Shown: positions 1 through 8,350 of the stretch, one piece after another
Layout: each line of letters begins with the position of its first letter
Numbering within the stretch: position 1 is the first letter of the stretch
Origin: Acaryochloris marina S15
Lineage (GTDB): Bacteria > Cyanobacteriota > Cyanobacteriia > Thermosynechococcales > Thermosynechococcaceae
Direction of reading: 5' to 3'
DNA length: 32,000 nt
Assembly: GCF_018336915.1 (NCBI RefSeq)
Contig: NZ_CP064921.1
Coordinates: 90,001 to 122,000 of the forward strand
Made by a program: the position numbers and the translations under genes
The notes under the pieces: model-generated
The model's input: the letters and a program-made list of their open reading frames with translations, nothing else
Told to the model about the DNA's origin: nothing
Database searches by the model: none

Positions 1-1
1 G

Positions 2-814
2 CTACATCCTCGACAGCGAGAAATTTTACACCTGTACCACTGGGAGGAGCTGTCATTCCAAAAGATTAGTGATTTTCTGGGGCTACCTGCAAAAAAGGTT
101 CGGAAAACCTACAAGCAAGCTTTAGAACTTCTGCGGAAGTTCCTTCAAGGTGAGATTAACGAATTTCCAGCTCTCCCCCTACTAGAATGGCGCAATTTTG
201 TCTTTGCCAAAATCTTTCTAGCAACTGGATTATCTCAAATATTTAATATCGTCGTTACTCAACTAAAACGACTGAAAAACCTTCATCGAAATAACCACAC
301 TGGACTAGTCCAGTCACAACTGACAGTATCTCAAGGCTCTACAGAGGTATTGCCAGAATCAGATCGTGAAATTGATACTCAGAGTCTAACTGAACTCTCA
401 GCACAACATTCTCCTTGGTATCAAAGGTTATGGCATTTTGTGAATCGTGGAAAGTCACTTGATTCACGAGTAAGTATTCATCAGATTGATTCAGGAGGTT
501 TGAGGGATGGCCCGAAATGTCTTTTGGACTATTTTTGGCATGGCATTAACTGTATTGCTCAATTCCTGGGGTATTGGCCCGGATCGCCTCGCGGAGTTGA
601 TCAACACCGATGCCGCAGCGGAGATCGTTGGCGATGTCGGGGAAAAACTGAAAGACGTTACCAAAAAAAGAAGGTAGAACTGAGGATTCATCCCATGATT
701 CCTTTGGCTCACCGTCATCAATCTTCAAGGAAAAAGACAAAGACAAAAATAGAATATTGCAATTCAATTAGACCATTTTCAAGGCATTTAATTTATCAGT
801 TGAAAGCTGGCTAA
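2..814 (+). CDS. Sigma-70/ECF-type sigma factor, C-terminal part (region 4 HTH). The 5' end lies outside the window and the 3' extent is doubtful.
   Basis: Frame 2 is open from the window edge and continuous with the listed 350..814 ORF. Translation LHPRQREILHLYHWEELSFQKISDFLGLPAKKVRKTYKQALELLRKFL fits the sigma-70 region 4.2 HTH pattern. The following ~230 codons have no recognisable domain, turn Arg/Lys-rich after ~560 and overlap a better small ORF. Confidence 0.5.
   Translation, partial: LHPRQREILHLYHWEELSFQKISDFLGLPAKKVRKTYKQALELLRKFLQGEINEFPALPLLEWRNFVFAKIFLATGLSQIFNIVVTQLKRLKNLHRNNHTGLVQSQLTVSQGSTEVLPESDREIDTQSLTELSAQHSPWYQRLWHFVNRGKSLDSRVSIHQIDSGGLRDGPKCLLDYFWHGINCIAQFLGYWPGSPRGVDQHRCRSGDRWRCRGKTERRYQKKKVELRIHPMIPLAHRHQSSRKKTKTKIEYCNSIRPFSRHLIYQLKAG
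301..312. repeat. Iterated palindrome GGACTAGTCC (copy 1, extended to the 12-bp TGGACTAGTCCA)
   Basis: Exact 10-bp palindrome at 302-311. Same core at 16151-16160 and 22092-22101. Confidence 0.7.
507..677 (+). CDS. Small (56 aa) single-TM protein, hypothetical
   Basis: ATG at 507 lies 8 nt after a perfect AGGAGG (493-498). Translation is MARNVFWTIFGMALTVLLNSWGIGPDRLAELINTDAAAEIVGDVGEKLKDVTKKRR, ending at TAG 675-677. It is below the 60-aa cutoff of the ORF track. Confidence 0.4.
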   Translation: MARNVFWTIFGMALTVLLNSWGIGPDRLAELINTDAAAEIVGDVGEKLKDVTKKRR

Positions 815-942
815 GTCATGGCATTAAGTTAGTTTGATTGGCTGTTCTAATTTGACTATTGTTATTCATCTTCTAGTTCTTAAATTTTTGGAAACTGATT
901 CATTGAATCATTATTCCTCATCGTTTATTTCGAGTAATTATC

Positions 943-1890
943 ATGTACAAATCAATCCCTTTGGCCTTGTTGATGGCCACTGTGCCCGCTATGGTGCGGG
1001 CGCAGGCGACACCCGTTATTGAAATCTCGGAAGGACATGGGCATACCTTCACGATTGAAGGCTCCCAAGCCCGGATCGTCAAGGCTTGGCCTGGAATGTT
1101 CGAGGCATTTGATTTTGGTGAACATCCAAAGATTCCGAATGCCAAATTTATCTTTGTCAAACTCAAGCCAGGGGCCAAGCTGAACAGTACCACCCTCACC
1201 CTGATTATTGATGATGGTCTGGGTAAGGAAACGACCAAATCCTATATCCTCAAGCGAGTCAAAGGGATTCCCAATCAGACCACGACCTTGATTGGGAATC
1301 AGCCTGCCTATGCCGCTCAGCCTCAGCCCGTCACTGCCACAAACGTCTTTTCTCCTCCACCTAGGCTCGATAAGCAGATCAAAAAAGAGAAGAAAGGCAA
1401 GAAACCTAAGAACTTAACGGTTTCTAGTGAGTTTAGCAGTGCTTTCTCACCGGGGTTTGCTGCGCCCAAGGCAGATGATGACTCCAAGCCAGTTAAAGAG
1501 CCTGCACCTGAAGAGAAAGAGGACTCTGACGACGTACCCGATCTGATTGAGCCAACCCCTCAAGCGCAAGCTGAAGAACCTCCGTCCGAGCCATTACCCC
1601 TGATCCGCGCACCGAAGACCCTCCAGGCTAAGGCGACGGTGGAAACTCCATCAGAAAAGCAGCTGATCGAGCGATCTAGTCTGGATAACTATGGAATTGC
1701 CCGCCACCTAATGAATGGACTCTACCGGGCGCAGAATCTCAAACAAATCAACCGTTCTAAAGATGCATATTGGCAGACTCAATCAATGGTGCGATTGCTA
1801 CGCCGAGGCGAAAGTATCGATAAGTCATTGAGGCTATCAGGATTACCAGCTGTAACTTTTAACAACCTCTTAGGTCATGGAGCAGGGTAA
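943..1890 (+). CDS. Secreted hypothetical protein with an acidic/Pro-rich linker. Its 3' end abuts the ISAs1-like element.
   Basis: N-terminal signal-peptide-like MYKSIPLALLMATVPAMVRAQA, a beta-rich N-domain, then a low-complexity K/E/P/D linker. The last two codons and the stop fall inside the IS terminal repeat. Confidence 0.6.
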   Translation: MYKSIPLALLMATVPAMVRAQATPVIEISEGHGHTFTIEGSQARIVKAWPGMFEAFDFGEHPKIPNAKFIFVKLKPGAKLNSTTLTLIIDDGLGKETTKSYILKRVKGIPNQTTTLIGNQPAYAAQPQPVTATNVFSPPPRLDKQIKKEKKGKKPKNLTVSSEFSSAFSPGFAAPKADDDSKPVKEPAPEEKEDSDDVPDLIEPTPQAQAEEPPSEPLPLIRAPKTLQAKATVETPSEKQLIERSSLDNYGIARHLMNGLYRAQNLKQINRSKDAYWQTQSMVRLLRRGESIDKSLRLSGLPAVTFNNLLGHGAG

Positions 1891-3212
1891 GCGCAAGAAA
1901 ATCAAGCCTCTGAAAGGCTAGACTGTAAAGGAATAGAAGCGCCTAGAACTTTGAGCATATACGCTTCATCCATGCTCGCCCGTTTTAGTTTTTGACGGGT
2001 ACTTTTCTTAAAGGACGTTTCTTGATTGAGAAGGTTGATGCTCCAGCGCCTCAGGATGGCCATGTTTTCCGGTGCATGTCCTGTGCGAATGCGGCTAGCA
2101 TCTTCGCCAAAGGTCACATCTAAGACCCAGTGGAGTTGGTTCTCAATCGACCAATGCTGGCGGATGGCTTTGCCCAACTGCTGAGCATTTGGCGGTAGAG
2201 AGCTGATATAAAACATCACCTCATAGGTGGTTTTGTTCCACAAGTGGCGGGTCCGAGCGACCTTGACGATGGTTTGCAAGCCCTTCCACTGCGCCTGCTT
2301 GTAGAGAGGACCCATCTGTTGAAGGGACACGGCCCAAACTTGTCGTTTCTCGCGACGATGGTGCCCTGCTTCCACCCGGGCATCATAGCTGTGCTCAATG
2401 CCCTTAAACTCATTCGCTTCAGCCGTTTCAAACCATTGCTCAACCTGCTCAAACAGCGTGGGATGATTCTCCTTGAGGGCCAGCACATAGTCAGCCTCTT
2501 TAGCTTGAATGTGGCGGGCAATCTCGTGCTGAGTTCCCATTGCATCAATGGTAATAATGCACCCGGCAATGTCTAATAGCTCTAGCAGTGCTGGAATAGC
2601 GGTAATTTCGTTACTCTTGTCTGCAACTTTGACCTGTCCTAGAAATAACCGATACTCACTGGCCCAAGCACTGACCAGATGCAATGCGGATTGGTCTTGA
2701 TTGCGATCATAGGAACCTCTGAGTTGTTTGCCGTCAATCGGTATCACTTGAGCGCCGAGGGTTGTCACTACCTGATCCAACCAGTGATTGAAACTCCGCT
2801 CAAAAGCGGAGGGGCAAATACGCTCAAACACTCGTCGATAGGTGTCTGCTGTCGGTATCCCGGACGGTAGCCTCAGAAAACTCGACAACCAATCTTGATG
2901 GCTTAGACCATAGGTTTCAATGTCTTCCCACCCTTGTGCGCCACCTAAACTTGCCAATAGTCCAATCACGACGATGCTGACAAACGGATGCTGGACACCT
3001 TGGCCTCCACGTGGATCAGGCAAATCTTCAAAACACTCGGACAATTGTTGATAAGCCTGATCGCAATCACTGGCAGGCAGGAGTGACGAGGATGAGTCAG
3101 TGGAAGCTGGTGAGGAAGGAGGCTTGCTGAATCCTGTAGCCATGGGGAAACCCTTTTAACAGAATGGAGTTCCAAAGCATATTACAGCTTCATTTTTCTT
3201 GCGCTGCCCCTG
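1883..3212 (-). mobile_element. ISAs1-family insertion sequence (boundaries +/- a few bp)
   Basis: Imperfect terminal inverted repeats: CAGGGTAAGCGCAAGAAAA at 1883-1901 against the reverse complement of 3194-3212 (CAGGGGCAGCGCAAGAAAA). They enclose a single transposase ORF. No convincing target duplication is seen. Confidence 0.8.
1902..3143 (-). CDS. ISAs1-family (IS4-superfamily, H-repeat-associated type) DDE transposase
   Basis: 413 aa. The N-terminal DPRGGQGVQHPFVSIVVIGLLASLGGAQGWEDIETYG motif and the C-terminal HWSIENQLHWVLDVTFGEDASR motif are typical of ISAs1 transposases. Confidence 0.9.
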   Translation of the reverse strand: MATGFSKPPSSPASTDSSSSLLPASDCDQAYQQLSECFEDLPDPRGGQGVQHPFVSIVVIGLLASLGGAQGWEDIETYGLSHQDWLSSFLRLPSGIPTADTYRRVFERICPSAFERSFNHWLDQVVTTLGAQVIPIDGKQLRGSYDRNQDQSALHLVSAWASEYRLFLGQVKVADKSNEITAIPALLELLDIAGCIITIDAMGTQHEIARHIQAKEADYVLALKENHPTLFEQVEQWFETAEANEFKGIEHSYDARVEAGHHRREKRQVWAVSLQQMGPLYKQAQWKGLQTIVKVARTRHLWNKTTYEVMFYISSLPPNAQQLGKAIRQHWSIENQLHWVLDVTFGEDASRIRTGHAPENMAILRRWSINLLNQETSFKKSTRQKLKRASMDEAYMLKVLGASIPLQSSLSEA

Positions 3213-3324
3213 GCTGGTGCGCGCCCTTAGCCTGCCACTGCGATGTTATCAAGTCTTTTCTGGAGTGGAAGCACCAGAAACCCTGTAGTTAGGGCTGTCT
3301 TGACTCAATCGAATCAATAAAAAA

Positions 3325-3350
3325 GGCGATTCCTAACTAGAAGAATCGCC
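3325..3350. terminator. Hairpin, intrinsic-terminator-like (better U-tract on the minus strand)
   Basis: 8-bp stem GGCGATTC (3325-3332) / GAATCGCC (3343-3350) with a 10-nt loop. An A6 run (3319-3324) precedes it, giving a T-run on the minus strand. CCTTTAAA follows it. Confidence 0.45.
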
Positions 3351-3377
3351 CCTTTAAACCTTCTAGGAGAATTTACC

Positions 3378-3635
3378 ATGCTTAAGGAAAAATCTGTGCG
3401 GCTTCTTCATATGCCGTGCATGAATCGTTGTTGCGGTTGTCAGGAATTGCGGTTCGCCATTGCATCTCAAGCTCTCGTCCATAAGCCCTCTGGCAAGACC
3501 CATTTTCGCTGGATATGCGAGAGCTGTGGTCACAAACGAGGGATACGCCCGACTCCTGAATATCTGCAGAAATTATGGCAGATAGATCGTGAGACTAGCA
3601 CGAAAAAAATTATCAGGACTTTAGCGAGGGCTTGA
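3378..3635 (+). CDS. Small zinc-ribbon-like protein, hypothetical
   Basis: AGGAG lies ~9 nt upstream of the ATG. Cys pairs CCGC...CESC suggest a zinc ribbon. First gene of a co-directional cassette. Confidence 0.6.
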   Translation: MLKEKSVRLLHMPCMNRCCGCQELRFAIASQALVHKPSGKTHFRWICESCGHKRGIRPTPEYLQKLWQIDRETSTKKIIRTLARA

Positions 3636-3730
3636 GGTGTGGGTAGCTACGCCGATGTCAGCCTAAGACTCACTTTTAAGCATCTATCAAAGCTCTATAA
3701 AAATCGCATAACTCAAACAGGAGGTAAATC

Positions 3731-4024
3731 ATGCAGTGCCTTAAACCGTTGACAGCCTCGATTGAGATTCAAGAACTGCGGGAAGTGGGTTGTGATTGGA
3801 GCGGTGACCTGTTTGGCTACTATGCCATCGGTCATCACGATCCAGTTGCTTTTATCCAAGCTGTCAACGCTGAACATGATCCAGATTGTCCTGCTGAAGC
3901 TCAACAAGTTCATCAAGGATTTTGGATGGAATATCCCCTAGAAATCGATAGTGATTGCTACTGCTTTAGAAAGTGCAATGCAGATATTGAAGGCGCGTTT
4001 GCCGTCACCTATCTCGAAATTTAA
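3731..4024 (+). CDS. Hypothetical protein
   Basis: Strong SD (ACAGGAGGTAAATC) directly upstream of ATG 3731. 97-aa ORF with no recognised domain. Confidence 0.6.
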   Translation: MQCLKPLTASIEIQELREVGCDWSGDLFGYYAIGHHDPVAFIQAVNAEHDPDCPAEAQQVHQGFWMEYPLEIDSDCYCFRKCNADIEGAFAVTYLEI

Positions 4025-4072
4025 GGGGAGCCACAACCCCAATTAGCCAACTAAATATTGGAGGAAACTCTC

Positions 4073-4288
4073 ATGCGCGATTTAGTCTACTCGCCTCAGA
4101 ATCATCTCGTGTACTTCCTCGGCTATCTCAGGAGACAAAATGGTACCCGTCTCAAGGTGTTCTCAACCGTTTCCCGGCAACACGTTCTGATGATTTCTAA
4201 GGATAAATCAGGGAAGTTTAGGGAGGATTTCACCTCAGTTAAAATCACCGATTTACGCCCTGCTGTCCGACTTAGGTTGTGTTGTTAG
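4073..4288 (+). CDS. Hypothetical small protein
   Basis: The track ORF starts at TTG 4058. The in-frame ATG 4073 is preferred because GGAGGA (4060-4065) sits 7 nt upstream. Confidence 0.5.
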   Translation: MRDLVYSPQNHLVYFLGYLRRQNGTRLKVFSTVSRQHVLMISKDKSGKFREDFTSVKITDLRPAVRLRLCC

Positions 4289-4298
4289 GAGAGTGACT

Positions 4299-4850
4299 AT
4301 GAGTGCTGTCCAAACTGCCCTCCCCCTGAAGCTCCCGCAATCTGGCCCAGTCAAGACAACCGGGCAGCGCCAATCCTTTGAAAAGATGCTGGTGGAACTC
4401 CGTCAGGAAGCAGCGGAGATACTTGCAATAGCAAACCGGATGTTTCAACAATGCTGGCAGCGATTGCAGGATGTACCCACCCCGGAGATGGGATCTGCGG
4501 TGAAGGCGTATCACAAGAAAAACGGTATTGTTATCCCCCAAGTCAATCACTCTGGTCCGATCTCTAGCAAACCCAGTCGTCCATATCGACCTTGGCCTCT
4601 GGAGCGGAAGTATCGAGAACGCATTCGACGGATGCAGGCACGGGCGCAGAAAAAATTTTCCATACCCAGCTTGCAATTTGATTTCATCCAATTAGAGTTG
4701 GTGCGGTTGCCCCATTATTTCGGCATTTGCCCACTGCCGAATGAAGAGAGTTGCACATTGAACCTTCAGGATTTACTCCTGAATCCTGCAATCGAACGGG
4801 AAAAGCAACTACGAGAACAAGAGAGTCAAGCCAGCTCCGGTTATCCCTGA
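4299..4850 (+). CDS. Hypothetical protein
   Basis: ATG 4299 lies 6 nt after AGGAGA (4287-4292) and 10 nt after the previous stop. No recognised domain. Confidence 0.55.
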   Translation: MSAVQTALPLKLPQSGPVKTTGQRQSFEKMLVELRQEAAEILAIANRMFQQCWQRLQDVPTPEMGSAVKAYHKKNGIVIPQVNHSGPISSKPSRPYRPWPLERKYRERIRRMQARAQKKFSIPSLQFDFIQLELVRLPHYFGICPLPNEESCTLNLQDLLLNPAIEREKQLREQESQASSGYP

Positions 4851-4951
4851 GCAATGAATACACAGCCCCAATCCTCGTTGACCCGAATACCTGGACCCTA
4901 CCTGCTGGGGCATTTGGGGAGAACGCAGGCCCGACTTAAGGAGAAGCAGCA

Positions 4952-5101
4952 ATGAAATCAGAACATAGCTTTTTGCATCGGATTATCCAGGCAATTCAGC
5001 AAGGTCTTAGCCCCAAAGCCAAACAACAATGCCGTACCTGTGGCGAGTGGTACAGACCCTCACAGCTCGATAGTAAAGGGTTCTGTCGGGAATGCAATTA
5101 G
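4952..5101 (+). CDS. Small (49 aa) zinc-ribbon-like protein
   Basis: AAGGAG (4938-4943) lies 8 nt before ATG 4952. Translation is MKSEHSFLHRIIQAIQQGLSPKAKQQCRTCGEWYRPSQLDSKGFCRECN, with CxxC...CxxC. Below the ORF-track cutoff. Confidence 0.5.
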   Translation: MKSEHSFLHRIIQAIQQGLSPKAKQQCRTCGEWYRPSQLDSKGFCRECN

Positions 5102-5376
5102 TGGGGGGCTTAGCGGTGAATAAACAACTTTGGAATCTGCTTCAGCGAGGTCGAGGTGTCCTGCAACTGCAACCCTTGGGATGCCTAAGCGATCGCAGTA
5201 ATTCCTTTTGTCTGGGCTGCGAACCAGGCCAGTATTACGAGTGTGAAATCTGCGGCTATCTTCAACCGTATTGCAAGGGTGCTGACGACGATTACTTTGA
5301 ACTTTGCGATGACTGTTGGGGCATTGCAGAGCAGATGCATGTAGCTACAGGAATTGCGATGGGGGTCGATCTATGA
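5092..5376 (+). CDS. Cys-rich small protein, hypothetical (start uncertain: ATG 5092, GTG 5101 or GTG 5116)
   Basis: Contains CLGC...CEIC...C...CDDC spacing suggestive of metal binding. Its stop overlaps the next start (ATGA at 5373-5376). Confidence 0.5.
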   Translation: MQLVGGLAVNKQLWNLLQRGRGVLQLQPLGCLSDRSNSFCLGCEPGQYYECEICGYLQPYCKGADDDYFELCDDCWGIAEQMHVATGIAMGVDL

Positions 5377-5816
5377 AAATCCTTACCCTCTGGCAACCGT
5401 GGGCAACCTTTATTGCCCTGAATCTCAAGCGCTATGAAACCCGATCATGGGGCACTCACTACCGGGGCAAGCTGGCTATTCATGCGGCCAAGCGAACCAT
5501 CGGCTTAGATGGGCAAGCCATAGTCAGTCAAGTTAATGATCTGACGGGTGGCAAGGTGCCGCGCAAGCCACGTGATTACCCACTCGGTTGCATTGTGGCG
5601 ATTGCGGATCTGGTGGACTGTCCCCAGATGGATTCAAGGCTCATCAGCAGACAGACTGACCTGGAGATGGCCGTGGGGTGCTGGCAATCTGGGCGCTTTG
5701 CTTGGCAGCTAGGAAACATCGTTGCACTGCCTGATCCTATTCCCTATCGCGGGTGTCAGGGACTCCGAGATGTCCGATCTGAAACGTTGAAAATTTTGAT
5801 GGAGCAAAAGACATGA
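5373..5816 (+). CDS. ASCH-domain protein (PUA-like fold)
   Basis: MKILTLWQPWATFIALNLKRYETRSWGTHYRGKLAIHAAK matches the characteristic ASCH N-terminal pattern. The start is chosen at ATG 5373 (ATGA overlap with the upstream stop), not the track's 5316. Its own stop overlaps the next start (ATGA at 5813-5816). Confidence 0.75.
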   Translation: MKILTLWQPWATFIALNLKRYETRSWGTHYRGKLAIHAAKRTIGLDGQAIVSQVNDLTGGKVPRKPRDYPLGCIVAIADLVDCPQMDSRLISRQTDLEMAVGCWQSGRFAWQLGNIVALPDPIPYRGCQGLRDVRSETLKILMEQKT

Positions 5817-6786
5817 CCACTATCGAATGGACCGATCACACCATCAATTGTTTGGTGGGCTGCACAAAGGTTCGAGCTAAGGGAGCCAAGGAAAGCGGCT
5901 GTGAACATTGCTATGCGGCCAGAGCTTCTAAGTCAGGACGACTGCAACAGTTCTCCCAGTATCACGGCGTTGTAGATGAGCAGGGGAACTGGACAGGCCA
6001 GGTGAATTTTGTCCCTGAGCAGTTGGAGAAGCTATTCAAGTTTCGGAAGCCGATCAGGGTATTCATGCCATCGATGTCTGATCCATTCCATTCAGCAGTG
6101 AAAGACGAGTGGCTGGATCAGATTTTTGCTGCAATCGCGCTCAATCCTCAAGTCACAGTGCAGATGCTGACTAAACGACCAAGGCGAATGCGGGATTATC
6201 TCATGACTGCCAAAAACAGAATTCGGATTGCTGCTGTCATTAAGGGCCGATCAGCCAATGTTAACTACGAGATATTAGCTGGCCTTGAATCATGTCAGTG
6301 GGATTGGCCGCTCCCTAATCTCTGGTTAGGCGTATCATACCAATTTGAGCCTAAAAGCGTAATCATGAAATTCGTGAAACCCTTTTCTGGCAGAGTTTAA
6401 TAGCAAATCAAAATTACACTTTTTGATGCTTATTGGTATCAGTTGAGAATCAGCAAGCCGCAGATGAGCGAATTCCTCTGCTAGTGCAAACACCAGCACC
6501 AGTAAGATTCCTGAGTTGTGAACCGCTGCTCGAACCCGTGAATCTTGGTGCCCTTCCCGCAAATTGGTGTATTACCGGGGGTGAATCTGGCCCTGGCGCA
6601 CGGCCCTGTGATGTGGACTGGATTCGCTCAATCCGGGACCAATGCAAGACCGCAGATATCCCCGTGTTCATCAAGCAGCTCGGTAGTAAGCCCGTGGGCA
6701 TTCCCAAGCTCCGTTCAGCGAAGGGTGGAGATATTGAGGAATGGCCTGATGATTTGCGCGTGAGGGAATTTCCAGAGTTTGGATGA
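5813..6786 (+). pseudogene. DUF5131 / phage Gp37-Gp68 family protein, interrupted by a 104-bp insertion
   Basis: The N-part is MTTIEWTDHTINCLVGCTKV..SGCEHCYA...NLWLGVS (5813-6337). The C-part is VSVENQQAADERIPLL...RFLSCEPLLEP...ITGGESGPGARP...FIKQLG (6436-6786). Deleting 6338-6441 joins LWLGVS to VENQ in frame, giving a 289-codon ORF. Confidence 0.85.
6338..6441. mobile_element. MITE-like non-autonomous insertion (98 bp + 6-bp TSD, or 101 bp + 3-bp TSD)
   Basis: Direct repeat GTATCA at 6332-6337 and 6436-6441. Termini are TACCAAT...ATTGGTA, with longer imperfect TIRs (TACCAATTTGAGCCTAAAAGCGTAAT against reverse complement TACCAATAAGCATCAAAAAGTGTAAT). No ORF inside. Confidence 0.7.
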
Positions 6787-6801
6787 TGGAGGTGATTGCG
6801 G

Positions 6802-7080
6802 ATGAAGAGGGAATACATTCAGGGGTGGCGAGTCGGCATCACGGATCATCCTGGTAGGCGGGAGCTTGAGATTCAGGGGCCAGGGGAGCTGTATATCGTC
6901 ATTCGCAAGTTCAAAACCTCTGACTTTTACCAAGAGAACTACATCGACTATATGGAAGATGGTAGTTTCGATGAATGTTTGATCTGCACCTATATCTGTC
7001 CAGGAGGCACTAGTCTCTACCAGGAAGATATCTGGCAGCAAAATAGTGACATCAACCTTGAAATTTTTTATCTGGGTTAA
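6802..7080 (+). CDS. Hypothetical protein
   Basis: GGAGG (6788-6792) lies 9 nt before ATG 6802 and 15 nt after the previous stop. Last gene of the cassette. Confidence 0.5.
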   Translation: MKREYIQGWRVGITDHPGRRELEIQGPGELYIVIRKFKTSDFYQENYIDYMEDGSFDECLICTYICPGGTSLYQEDIWQQNSDINLEIFYLG

Positions 7081-7424
7081 CCCGCACATGCATATTTGTA
7101 CATTGGTTGTGCCCACTGGTTTATTCCCGTAGCGTTTGCAGAGAAACTTTTCAGTGTATTCCAGACGGGTGAGGTCAATGCTTGTCCAGGTTGGACAGCG
7201 GATTAGCGAGGCTCTTCACTTGCTTCTATCAGGCGTCTTTTGAGAATTGATTCGGCGGTTCTGCTCCCTCAATGCTCAAATCCAAGACATTGTTCACCAA
7301 GTAAATCAAGATGAATAACCTTTGAGGGTATCAAATGAAAGTGTTCTAGGATACAACAGAATAGAATTTATGTTCTCAGGGTGTTTGAGAAGATTTGTGG
7401 ACATGGATTTGATAATCATGATCC

Positions 7425-8033
7425 TTGTTCTCATTGTGTCAGTTGCTTGAAGAACTCTGTCAGGGCCGTCAGACCTACCATTTTAGGAAAGGCTTGAAGA
7501 TTCCTTTAAGCTCTCAGGAGATGTGGATTCTCCGCCAAGGCTTGGTTGTTTTGAGTACTTTTTTCAGTGACGGAGGTGAAGCAAGTCTTAGCTTGGTGTA
7601 TCCTGATATGCCCTTTGGCCTGCCGTTAACCCAAGTCGATCCGTATGAGGCCATCGCGCTAACGGATGTAGCGTTGCTCCGCCTGAATCAAATCGAGGTT
7701 GAGAATTCTCCATCGTTGGCTCAAGAGATTCTCCAGCAGATAACTCGGCGTCTCCAGACAACGGAAGCTTTATTAGTCGTGATGCACCATAATTCTGTGA
7801 GCTGTCGTTTGCAGGCGTTGCTGTTGTTGCTGACCAAAGAAATAGGTGAACAGACACCGGAAGGGATACGGCTTGGCGTTCGACTATCTCATCAACAACT
7901 TGCTGATCTAGTAGGGACAACTCGGGTGACGGTGACTAAGACTCTCAAATCATTGCGAAAGACAGGATGGTTGTCTCTCGATCCGACTCAGCATTTCATC
8001 CTCCACGAATCTGCTGTTGTGGATCTTCAGTAA
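7425..8033 (+). CDS. Crp/Fnr-family transcriptional regulator
   Basis: C-terminal HTH LSHQQLADLVGTTRVTVTKTLKSLRKTGWLSL is the typical Crp-family DNA-binding helix. The N-terminal ~120 aa are compatible with a cNMP-binding-like barrel. The TTG start is uncertain. Confidence 0.8.
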   Translation: MFSLCQLLEELCQGRQTYHFRKGLKIPLSSQEMWILRQGLVVLSTFFSDGGEASLSLVYPDMPFGLPLTQVDPYEAIALTDVALLRLNQIEVENSPSLAQEILQQITRRLQTTEALLVVMHHNSVSCRLQALLLLLTKEIGEQTPEGIRLGVRLSHQQLADLVGTTRVTVTKTLKSLRKTGWLSLDPTQHFILHESAVVDLQ

Positions 8034-8350
8034 TTGTCATCACCTGCACACTAATCATTAGCCCTGCTTAGTCTCCCTCCCTCCACCGATCAGAAACCCT
8101 AATCCCCCAATCCTTGTAGCACCAAGCCATCCACGCTACCCTAGTGACTAGGCAGTGGGGCATTCCCACCCAAAGTTTTTTCACCAAATCCATCCCGCCC
8201 ACGGCTCCAAATCGAGCCTGATTTTTGGCGGCGGTATATTCCCCAAGAGGCTAAGACCTCCCTTTTCGTTTTCCCAATATCCACTGAGCCGACTCGGTTG
8301 CACATGCCAGCCGTGCCTTATCCACTATTCGTTATCCAAAGGACACCGCT

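Noticed and set aside
2216-2870. ORFs 2216..2569(-), 2244..2576(+) and 2679..2870(+) inside the ISAs1 transposase gene
   Set aside because: They are alternative-frame or antisense shadows of a confidently identified 413-aa transposase. They have no SD and no domain.
4751-4939. 62-aa plus-strand ORF overlapping the end of 4299..4850
   Set aside because: It is an alternative frame of the upstream gene's 3' end, with no SD.
6338-6441. Considered whether the gp37 interruption is an intron, an intein or programmed recoding
   Set aside because: The insert is 104 nt, not a multiple of 3, which excludes an intein. It is far too small for a group I or II intron. Terminal inverted repeats plus a flanking direct repeat indicate transposition.
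6450-7116. Minus-strand ORFs 6450..6818 and 6715..7116
   Set aside because: They are antisense to the conserved C-terminal half of the DUF5131 gene and to the SD-preceded ORF 6802..7080. They have no recognisable domain.
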